Below, in pieces: positions 48,412-56,719 of a stretch of 64,000 nucleotides of DNA. The position numbers and the translations under genes were made by a program. A model generated the notes under the pieces. That model saw only the letters and a program-made list of their open reading frames with translations, was not told the origin of the DNA and searched no databases. The first letter of the stretch is position 1. Every line of letters begins with the position of its first letter. The stretch is taken from assembly GCA_050177605.1 (NCBI GenBank), contig JBFXGX010000002.1, positions 1-64,000 on the forward strand, read 5' to 3'. The DNA comes from Candidatus Izemoplasmatales bacterium. Its GTDB lineage: Bacteria; Bacillota_I; Bacilli_A; Izemoplasmatales; Hujiaoplasmataceae.

Positions 48412-49044
48412 GTGCTAAAGAAAGTACTTAAAAAAATATTACAAGCCCTGCCTTTTATCTTCTTTGCATTAGCCTTTTTCCTTATTGTCCAAGTGCTTGT
48501 TGCAATTAAGAATGATCGAACACCAGATTTCTTTGGTTATTCAGTATTTCTTGTTGTATCCCCTTCAATGGAAGATACAATTATGACTGGGGATATTATT
48601 TTTGTTGATACTTCCATCACAGATTATGAAGTTGGCGACATCATTTCATTTCACCGTCCTGATGATGAGTCAATCATTATTACACACCGCATCGTTTCCA
48701 TCAATGAACTTGATGGTAATCTGTTAATTACGACACAGGGTGATAATAATTTCGAATCGTTATCTTGGGAAAAAGACTTTACGGTAGACCATATTATTGG
48801 GGTTTATCAAGGGAAGTCAACCTTCTTAGGGAATATCTATTCTTTTATCTACACAGGTGGCGTTAGTTTAATTTATGGTGTCGTGATTTTAGCGTTTTTA
48901 ACGATTGGTGTTACTGAAGCTATTTCGATTGTGAAGACTTTGTCAAAAGCAAAAGTGGAAGAAGAAGAGAAAAAGAAACAAGAACTCATTGAAATCGAAA
49001 AAGAACGACTTCGAAAAGAATTTGAGGAAGAAAATAAACAATAA
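48412..49044 (+). CDS. sipW: signal peptidase I, SipW/ER-type (S26B), second paralog
   Basis: VVSPSME..GDII, THRI, TQGDNN. Confidence 0.88.
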   Translation: MLKKVLKKILQALPFIFFALAFFLIVQVLVAIKNDRTPDFFGYSVFLVVSPSMEDTIMTGDIIFVDTSITDYEVGDIISFHRPDDESIIITHRIVSINELDGNLLITTQGDNNFESLSWEKDFTVDHIIGVYQGKSTFLGNIYSFIYTGGVSLIYGVVILAFLTIGVTEAISIVKTLSKAKVEEEEKKKQELIEIEKERLRKEFEEENKQ

Positions 49045-49047
49045 AAT

Positions 49048-49084
49048 AAACGCACACTTTTTTGGGAGTGTGCGTCTTTTTTTA
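49048..49084. terminator. bidirectional terminator ending operon B
   Basis: ACGCACACT/AGTGTGCGT stem with T run. Confidence 0.75.
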
Positions 49085-49086
49085 CT

Positions 49087-50334
49087 TTATTTCGATTGCT
49101 TTTCTAACCAAATCGCTTTCAGTTTATCATAGGTTGCTTGAGGGATATCTGGATTTCCTTTGGAATAACACGGAAAGACTTGGTCTCCCGCCACAAGCGG
49201 ATCTGTACAAGCAAAGTTATATCGATATTTTTCTCTTTCTTCTTTATTTCTAAAATTAGGAATGAACTGTTCACTACCCCCCTGTAAGATACTTTGATAC
49301 GCAAAATATCCAGGTAAAAACATATCGAGTGCTTCATACACATCAATGGTATCCGCAAGAGGATTTCCTTTTATTTTTTCGATAAAGTGATGCATCGTAT
49401 AAAAATCACTACCGCCATGACCATAGCCCTTCGCTAAATGATGTTTAAATGTTTTTGGAAGATAGGTCTGAACATTGTTTTGAAATTCATTTTCAACTTC
49501 ATCGAAATTTGTATAGATTCTTTCTATATCACCTTTCAGGGCATCTTCTCTTGCGCTTTCCATTCTTCCCTTGGTTCCATAAAGCGAAAACCAAATCGAG
49601 TTCTTCGCTAAATCTCCATGGATACTTTTCAAAATCGCTCCGTTTTCTAGCGTGATCATCTCAATTCCTGCAGTTCCACCAAGTTTTCCCATTTCTTCAG
49701 CACGAGAAGTTCTAGGTAATTCGAATCCAATGACTTTTGTTGGTCTTAGTCCGGTAATATGCAAAATAGGTCCAATCGAATGCGTTGCATAATAAGTAGC
49801 GTACATATGATTTCGCCAATGCTCTTTATCTCCATAAGTAATGTCAGCCCAAATTGGGTGACAATTATGAATATACTCACTTTCAGCGTACTCTAGATTC
49901 CCAAGTTTTCCTTCGCGATATAATTTTTTCATTTCCATCGGAGATGGCATATAACAATAGTTTTCAGCGTAGGCATAGATTTTATCTGATTTTTCAACAG
50001 CTTCACAAAGCATTACAGCCTCCGCGAGCGTTTGAATAGGCAGTACCTCACTAAGAACATGCTTTCCTGCTTCAAGTGCTTGTATTGCAAATTTAGCGTG
50101 TTCTGTAGCGTAATTCGCAAGAACAACCGCATCCATATCGTATTTTAAGAATTCTTCATAATTGGTGAAGTATTGAATAGAGTCATCCTTTGTCTCTTCT
50201 TTCAGCTTCATAAGACCTTCTTCCCAAAAATCACAAATTGCGACGAGTATTGCATTGGATACCGTGCTGGCATATTCAATCATCGTTCTTCCTCTTCCGA
50301 TTCCAATGACACCAATTTTTACTTTTTTCATCAT
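49087..50334 (-). CDS. Gfo/Idh/MocA oxidoreductase (GH109-like NAD-dependent glycosidase)
   Basis: GVIGIGRG, AGKHVLSEV, AENYCY, YATHSIGP, GHGGSDF. Confidence 0.8.
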   Translation of the reverse strand: MMKKVKIGVIGIGRGRTMIEYASTVSNAILVAICDFWEEGLMKLKEETKDDSIQYFTNYEEFLKYDMDAVVLANYATEHAKFAIQALEAGKHVLSEVLPIQTLAEAVMLCEAVEKSDKIYAYAENYCYMPSPMEMKKLYREGKLGNLEYAESEYIHNCHPIWADITYGDKEHWRNHMYATYYATHSIGPILHITGLRPTKVIGFELPRTSRAEEMGKLGGTAGIEMITLENGAILKSIHGDLAKNSIWFSLYGTKGRMESAREDALKGDIERIYTNFDEVENEFQNNVQTYLPKTFKHHLAKGYGHGGSDFYTMHHFIEKIKGNPLADTIDVYEALDMFLPGYFAYQSILQGGSEQFIPNFRNKEEREKYRYNFACTDPLVAGDQVFPCYSKGNPDIPQATYDKLKAIWLEKQSK

Positions 50335-50450
50335 GTTTTACCCCCTTACGAATATACAGCGTCATTATATCAAAAAAGAATAAAAAAGCAATCATTAGTT
50401 TTTTAAGAAATCATGATTTATCTATGGTATAATATTTTAGTGTTGGAGGG

Positions 50451-51152
50451 TTGATGATGGACTGGAGAAAAAACTATACAAAAGCAATTACATTTACCTA
50501 TGATGATGGCGTCATTTACGATCGAAAATTCGTCGAAATACTCAACCGATATGGACTGAGATGTACGTTTAATATTAACACGGGATTCTCTTCATTTGAT
50601 GATCCTTTTTTTGATGAAGGAATTCTTGTTTCTCATCTTGATGTTGAAGAAATGGTATCCTTATTTCAGGGCCATGAAGTAAGTGTTCATACCTTTACTC
50701 ATCCTGATTTAACGACATTAAATGAAAGTGAAATTCTTTATCAAATAAGGCAAGATCAAGAACGAATTAAGCAATATTTTGAAGTTGAAGCTTGTGGGAT
50801 GGCCTACCCATTTGGAACGTATAACGAAAGTGTAAAAAAGGTTGTAAGAGAGAGTGGATTATCCTATGCAAGAACGATTCATTCTACCTATGATTTTCTA
50901 TTTCCGAAGGATCTATATGAATTTCATCCTACGATTCATCACAATGACCCAAGATTATTTGAAATCATTGATGAATTCTTGAATGTAAAGTCATCAGCCC
51001 CACTAGTTCTATCTATTTGGGGACACAGCTACGAATTCGAGGCTCATCAAAATTGGCGTCTTCTTGAAGAAATCTGCCAAAGATTATCAGGACACGAAGA
51101 GGTCTTTTACGGAACGAATAAAGAAGTTCTTTCTCCTTTATTTACTAAATAA
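50451..51152 (+). CDS. polysaccharide deacetylase (CE4/NodB)
   Basis: TFTYDDG, HEVSVHTFTHP, AYPFG. Confidence 0.88.
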   Translation: MMMDWRKNYTKAITFTYDDGVIYDRKFVEILNRYGLRCTFNINTGFSSFDDPFFDEGILVSHLDVEEMVSLFQGHEVSVHTFTHPDLTTLNESEILYQIRQDQERIKQYFEVEACGMAYPFGTYNESVKKVVRESGLSYARTIHSTYDFLFPKDLYEFHPTIHHNDPRLFEIIDEFLNVKSSAPLVLSIWGHSYEFEAHQNWRLLEEICQRLSGHEEVFYGTNKEVLSPLFTK

Positions 51153-51217
51153 AAAAAGACAAGTATTTAGAAACAATCAAAATCGGTTTTGCGTTATAAT
51201 GGAAATGGAGTGATATT

Positions 51218-52006
51218 ATGAATGTACATATCTTAGCGAGTGGATCGAAAGGGAATTCGACCATTATCGAGATTGAAAATCAAATCATTATGATTGATGC
51301 GGGAATTTCTTTAAAACAAGTGGGATTAAGACTTGATTTTCACCAAAAGGAACTCACACATTTAGATGGCGTATTTATCACTCATGAACACGCTGATCAT
51401 GTTGGGGGATTAGCTAGTTTATATAAGAAATATCAAATGCCGATTTTTCTTTCGAAAGGAACTTATCGTAATCTTGCTAGAAGTATCGTCGATAAAATTG
51501 ACGAATCAGCTTTTCATTTTGTACAGTTTGAACAATCTATTCCCTTTACAGATTTTGAAGTGATCCCTTTTATGACTTATCATGACGCACTGGAACCTAC
51601 GGGATATAAAGTCATCGAAAAAGAGAAGTCCCTTGTATATATGACCGATACAGGATACTACCCCGAACATGGATTCGATATTTTAAGGAATGCTCATTGT
51701 TATATCATCGAAAGTAATCACGAACCGGATTTATTACTTGATAGCGACAGACCTTGGATATTAAAAAGAAGAATTTTAGATGATAAAGGGCATTTATCCA
51801 ATGAAGATAGTGCATTCTTAATGGTAAATCTCGTAGGCGTTAACACAAAAAAAATTGTGTTAGCTCATCTCTCCGAAGAATGCAATACCGTGGATCATGC
51901 TCTAGATGCATACCATAGAATATTTAAAAAGAATGGACTTTGTACAGAAGATTATCAAATTATCTGTGCCGATCAATACTTAATCACGGAGGAAATTGTT
52001 ATATGA
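51218..52006 (+). CDS. MBL-fold metallo-hydrolase (YycJ/WalJ-like)
   Basis: ASGSKGN, THEHADH, HDA, TDTG, ESNH, GHLSN, HLSEE.N. Confidence 0.9.
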   Translation: MNVHILASGSKGNSTIIEIENQIIMIDAGISLKQVGLRLDFHQKELTHLDGVFITHEHADHVGGLASLYKKYQMPIFLSKGTYRNLARSIVDKIDESAFHFVQFEQSIPFTDFEVIPFMTYHDALEPTGYKVIEKEKSLVYMTDTGYYPEHGFDILRNAHCYIIESNHEPDLLLDSDRPWILKRRILDDKGHLSNEDSAFLMVNLVGVNTKKIVLAHLSEECNTVDHALDAYHRIFKKNGLCTEDYQIICADQYLITEEIVI

Positions 52007-52890
52007 GTCATGAATCGATTACCAAAAAAGAAGTCGCTTCTTTTTTGAAAAAGCAAGAAGAACAAGTTCTCATTCGTCATCGTTTAAAAGGCGGAATGTC
52101 CAATTCAAATTATGTCGTCGAAGTTGATGGTTTAAGTTATACCTTTCGAATTCCTGGGAAAAATGCCGAAAACTTTGTCTCTCGTGAGATTGAACAAAAA
52201 ACACTGGACTTAATTCATCCGCTTCATATTGATGGGAATCTATTATTATCGATGGATTTAGCGACAGGATATAAAATATCTAAGTTTGTGCCTGGAACGC
52301 CCTTAGTAGAGTTGAATCCTGCAGATTACTATCAAGAAGCTGCAACATTACTTCAAAAACTACATCGTTCAGGACTCAAAGCTGAGAATGATTATTCACC
52401 CTTTGAAAGATTAGCTCAATATGAACAATTGGTCGTGAAGGAAGGACTTGTGCACGAAGATAGTTACTTTGATATTCTGAATCGTTTCAAGGTGTATCAA
52501 CCATATTTAGAATCTTTACCAAAGGTGATGTGCCATAACGATTCTCAACCCTCTAATTTTATCCATACAGAAAAAGATGGTTTACTCTTAGTCGACTGGG
52601 AGTTTGGCGGCAATAACGACTATTTTTATGATATTGCTTGTTTTGGGAATAACGACTTTAAATATGCGGAAGGATTATTGCCAGTTTATTTAGGAAAAAC
52701 CCCACAAAAAGAGGATTGGAAAAGGCTCTATTTATGGCGAACATTTCAATGTTTACAGTGGCACAATGTTGCGCTTTATAAAGAAGCCACTGGGTTATCT
52801 TTAGAACTGCACCTCGATTTCAAAATGATTGCGGCAAATTACATCACGAAAGCGAACACCTTATTTTCACAAGCTTTACTTTATGAATGA
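52003..52890 (+). CDS. choline/ethanolamine kinase family (LicA-like)
   Basis: GGMSN, CHND...N, DWEF; GGAGG RBS and ATGA overlap at 52003. Confidence 0.85.
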   Translation: MSHESITKKEVASFLKKQEEQVLIRHRLKGGMSNSNYVVEVDGLSYTFRIPGKNAENFVSREIEQKTLDLIHPLHIDGNLLLSMDLATGYKISKFVPGTPLVELNPADYYQEAATLLQKLHRSGLKAENDYSPFERLAQYEQLVVKEGLVHEDSYFDILNRFKVYQPYLESLPKVMCHNDSQPSNFIHTEKDGLLLVDWEFGGNNDYFYDIACFGNNDFKYAEGLLPVYLGKTPQKEDWKRLYLWRTFQCLQWHNVALYKEATGLSLELHLDFKMIAANYITKANTLFSQALLYE

Positions 52891-52995
52891 AAGCGTATTT
52901 TTGCATAGATTTCATTGTCTAATAACAGAATTTGATGTATAATAACATAGTGATATTTTAAATAAAAGTATTTAATTTAGGAGGTTGTGTCATCT

Positions 52996-55900
52996 ATGAC
53001 AACAAAAAAAGTGTTTCAATCAATGGATGGAAACCAAGCAGCTGCTTATTGCGCTTATGCCTTTACTGAAGTAGCTGGTATTTACCCAATTACTCCTTCT
53101 ACACCTATGCCTGAGTATACAGACCTTTGGGCATCTCAAGGAAAGAAGAATTTATTTGGAATGCCAGTTAAATTAGTCGAAATGCAATCTGAAGCTGGTG
53201 CGGCTGGTACTGTTCATGGATCCTTAATTTCAGGTGCGTTAACAACAACGTTTACGGCATCTCAAGGGTTATTATTAAAAATCCCTAACATGTATAAAAT
53301 CGCTGGTGAATTACTACCAGGAGTTATTCATGTCGCTGCTCGTTCTTTAGCAGCTCAATCATTATCTATCTTTGGTGACCACCAAGACGTGATGGCCGCA
53401 AGACAAACTGGATTTGCAATGTTAGCTTCTGGTTCAGTTCAAGAAACAATGGACTTAGCTGGGGTTGCTCACTTAGCAGCAATCAAAACATCCATTCCAT
53501 TTATGCATTTCTTTGATGGTTTTAGAACAAGCCATGAAGTGAATAAAGTGGAAGTGATGGATTACAGTGTATTTGATCGTTTACTTGATAGAGATGCAAT
53601 TAAAGCATTCCGTGCAAGAGCATTAAATAGTACACATCCAGTAACGAAGGGTACGGCTCAAAATGATGACGTATACTTCCAAGCAAAAGAAGTTCAAGAA
53701 AAATTCTATGTTCCAGTAGCTGATACTGTAGCTTATTACTTAGATGAAATCTCTAAAGAAACAGGTAGAGATTACAAACCATTTAGTTATTATGGACCAG
53801 AAGATGCAACAGATGTTATCATCGCAATGGGTTCTGTAACTGAAACTATCCGTGAAGTTGTAGATTACAAAACTTCACAAGGAGAAAAAGTTGGTTTAGT
53901 GGCTGTCCATTTATACCGTCCTTTCTCTGAAAAACATTTCTTTAATGTATTACCAAAAACCGTTGAAAGAATCGCTGTTCTTGATAGAACAAAAGAAGCA
54001 GGTTCTGTTGGCGAACCACTATACTTAGACGTAAAAGCTGTATTCTATGGAAAAGAATGGAATCCAGTCATCGTAGGTGGACGTTATGGTTTATCAAGTA
54101 AAGATACAACTCCTGCTCAAATTTTCGCAGTATATAACAATTTAGTTGGTGAACAAAAAGATCGTTTCACGATTGGTATTGTGGATGATGTTATGAACAC
54201 TAGCTTACCAGTAGAAGAAGCACCAGATGTAACAGATCCAGCAACCACAGAATTATTATTCTTCGGTCTTGGTGGAGACGGTACAGTAGGTTCTGTTAAA
54301 AATATTTCTAAGATTATTGGAGATTACACAGACCTCTATGGACAAGCTTATGCTTCTTATGATTCAAAAAAATCTGGTGGGGTTACAAGACTTCACTTAC
54401 GTTTTGGTAAAAACCCAATTCGTTCAACTTATTTAGTAAATAATCCTCATTTCATTTCTTGTTCTCAAGAAAGCTATCTTGAAAGATTTGAAATTGTTGG
54501 TGGTATTAGAAGAAAAGGTATTTTCTTATTATCAACTGTCAAATCACCTGATGAAATTGAAGCATTCTTACCAAATGATGTTAAACGTGTTTTAGCTAGA
54601 AAAGAAGCTCGTTTATTCATTATCGATGCTTATAAATTAGCAAAAGAAATCGGAAATGTAAAATTAATTTCTACCATTTTACAATCTGCATTCTTTAAAT
54701 TAAATGAACAAGTAATCCCTTATGAAAAAGCACAAGATGCAATGAAATCATTCGCGAAGAAATCATTCTCTCGTAAAGGTGAAGAAATTGTTGAAATGAA
54801 CTATCAAGCCATTGATAGAGGTGCTGATGGATTAGTTGAAGTTAAAGTAAAACCTGAATGGGCGAACTTAGATGTTGTTGAAACTGATGCACCAAATCGT
54901 CCAGCATTCGTTAAAAATATTGCGGACAAAGTCAACTCTATCGAAGGAGATACATTACCTGTATCTGCATTCTTAGATTATGCGGATGGTCATATTCCTA
55001 ATGGTACAAGTGCATTTGAAAAACGTGGTGTTGCGGAAGAAGTTTCTTCTTGGTTAAGTGACAACTGTATTCAATGTAACCAATGTGCTTACGCATGTCC
55101 TCATGCTGCTATCCGTCCAATCTTAGCTACGGCTGAAGAAGCTGCTGCAGCTCCAGAAGGAACGGTATGGAAAGACGCTGTTGGAAAAGGTCTTGAAGGG
55201 TTAAAATATCGTATTCAAGTATCTATCCTTGATTGTACAGGATGTACAGTGTGCGTTAACACTTGTCCAGCAAAAACAAAAGCATTACAAATGAGTCCTA
55301 TCCAAACTGAAATCGAAGACAAACAACATGTTAAAGCTGAATACTTATACAATGAAGTCACTTCAAAAGCTAGTTTAGTAGGAAAAAATACATACAAAAA
55401 CGTTCAATTTGAAAAACCATTATTTGAATTCAGTGGAGCTTGTGCTGGTTGTGGAGAAACTCCTTATATCAAATTTGCGACACAATTATTTGGTGAAAGA
55501 ATGGTTATTGCAAATGCTACTGGTTGTTCATCAATTTATGGTGCTTCCTTCCCTGCAAGTCCTTATACGACTAACAAAGAAGGTAGAGGACCAGCTTGGG
55601 CAAACTCATTATTCGAAGACAATGCAGAATTTGGATTCGGTATGGCAATTGCACAAGAAACTTTAAGAGATCGTATTCAAAATACTGTTTTCGCTAAAGA
55701 AGCAGAATTTAAGAATGCTGAACTTGTTGCTTTACTAAAAGAATGGGCTGAATATCGTCAAGACGGTGAAAAAACACTTGAACTTTCGAAGAAAATTCTT
55801 CCATTACTTGAAAGTGACGGAAGTGCAGCAAGTAAAGATATCTTAGAATTAAAAGATTACCTTGTTAAACAATCGAACTGGATTATCGGTGGAGATGGTT

Positions 55901-56541
55901 GGGCATACGATATTGGTTACGGCGGGTTAGACCACGTAATTTCCAATAATGAAGACGTCAACATTTTAGTACTTGATACTGAAGTATATTCCAATACTGG
56001 TGGACAATCTTCAAAATCTGCTCGTGCAGGATCTATCGCTAAATTTACTGCTTCTGGAAAACCTGGAAAGAAGAAAGATTTAGGATCCATCGCGATGACT
56101 TACGAAAGCGTTTATGTTGCAGCTATTTCTCATGGAGCGAATGCTACACAACTTCTTAAAGCAATGAAAGAAGCTGAAAGTTACCCAGGACCATCCTTAA
56201 TCATCGCTTATAGCCCATGTATCGCACATGGTATCAATGGTGGTTTAGGAAATTCACATCAAGAAGCAAAACTTGCAACAGAATGTGGATACTGGCCAAT
56301 ATTTAGATACGATCCACGTTTAATTGAAGAAGGCAAAAATCCATTCCAATTAGATTCAAGAGAACCTCAATGGGAAAAATATCATGACTTCTTATTAAAT
56401 GAAAATCGTTATCAACAATTAGTTCATGAAAATCCTGAAGCAGCAAAAGTATTGTTAGACAAAAACCTTAAAGACTCTAAACGTCGTTGGGCAATGTACA
56501 AACGTTACGCAGCTATGGATTACTCAACAGTGATTGAATAA
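52996..56541 (+). CDS. nifJ: pyruvate:ferredoxin (flavodoxin) oxidoreductase
   Basis: YPITPS, QSEAGAAG, two CxxCxxC..CP ferredoxin motifs, GACAGCGE, GGDGW.YDIG. Confidence 0.96.
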   Translation: MTTKKVFQSMDGNQAAAYCAYAFTEVAGIYPITPSTPMPEYTDLWASQGKKNLFGMPVKLVEMQSEAGAAGTVHGSLISGALTTTFTASQGLLLKIPNMYKIAGELLPGVIHVAARSLAAQSLSIFGDHQDVMAARQTGFAMLASGSVQETMDLAGVAHLAAIKTSIPFMHFFDGFRTSHEVNKVEVMDYSVFDRLLDRDAIKAFRARALNSTHPVTKGTAQNDDVYFQAKEVQEKFYVPVADTVAYYLDEISKETGRDYKPFSYYGPEDATDVIIAMGSVTETIREVVDYKTSQGEKVGLVAVHLYRPFSEKHFFNVLPKTVERIAVLDRTKEAGSVGEPLYLDVKAVFYGKEWNPVIVGGRYGLSSKDTTPAQIFAVYNNLVGEQKDRFTIGIVDDVMNTSLPVEEAPDVTDPATTELLFFGLGGDGTVGSVKNISKIIGDYTDLYGQAYASYDSKKSGGVTRLHLRFGKNPIRSTYLVNNPHFISCSQESYLERFEIVGGIRRKGIFLLSTVKSPDEIEAFLPNDVKRVLARKEARLFIIDAYKLAKEIGNVKLISTILQSAFFKLNEQVIPYEKAQDAMKSFAKKSFSRKGEEIVEMNYQAIDRGADGLVEVKVKPEWANLDVVETDAPNRPAFVKNIADKVNSIEGDTLPVSAFLDYADGHIPNGTSAFEKRGVAEEVSSWLSDNCIQCNQCAYACPHAAIRPILATAEEAAAAPEGTVWKDAVGKGLEGLKYRIQVSILDCTGCTVCVNTCPAKTKALQMSPIQTEIEDKQHVKAEYLYNEVTSKASLVGKNTYKNVQFEKPLFEFSGACAGCGETPYIKFATQLFGERMVIANATGCSSIYGASFPASPYTTNKEGRGPAWANSLFEDNAEFGFGMAIAQETLRDRIQNTVFAKEAEFKNAELVALLKEWAEYRQDGEKTLELSKKILPLLESDGSAASKDILELKDYLVKQSNWIIGGDGWAYDIGYGGLDHVISNNEDVNILVLDTEVYSNTGGQSSKSARAGSIAKFTASGKPGKKKDLGSIAMTYESVYVAAISHGANATQLLKAMKEAESYPGPSLIIAYSPCIAHGINGGLGNSHQEAKLATECGYWPIFRYDPRLIEEGKNPFQLDSREPQWEKYHDFLLNENRYQQLVHENPEAAKVLLDKNLKDSKRRWAMYKRYAAMDYSTVIE

Positions 56542-56553
56542 TTTTTAAAACTA

Positions 56554-56579
56554 ACGGCCTCCACTTGAGGCCGTTTTTT
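56554..56579 (+). terminator. intrinsic terminator
   Basis: AACGGCCTC/GAGGCCGTT plus T run. Confidence 0.85.
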
Positions 56580-56719
56580 CTTTTTTAAGAAATATCACAG
56601 AAAACCCACGAATCTTTGCTAGACTGGTTACGCAAATTCTTTAAAAAAATGTTTTTAAAACAAACGAATTTGTTATATAATAGAATAAAGTGTCGATTAG
56701 AAAAAAGGAGTTTGAGACA

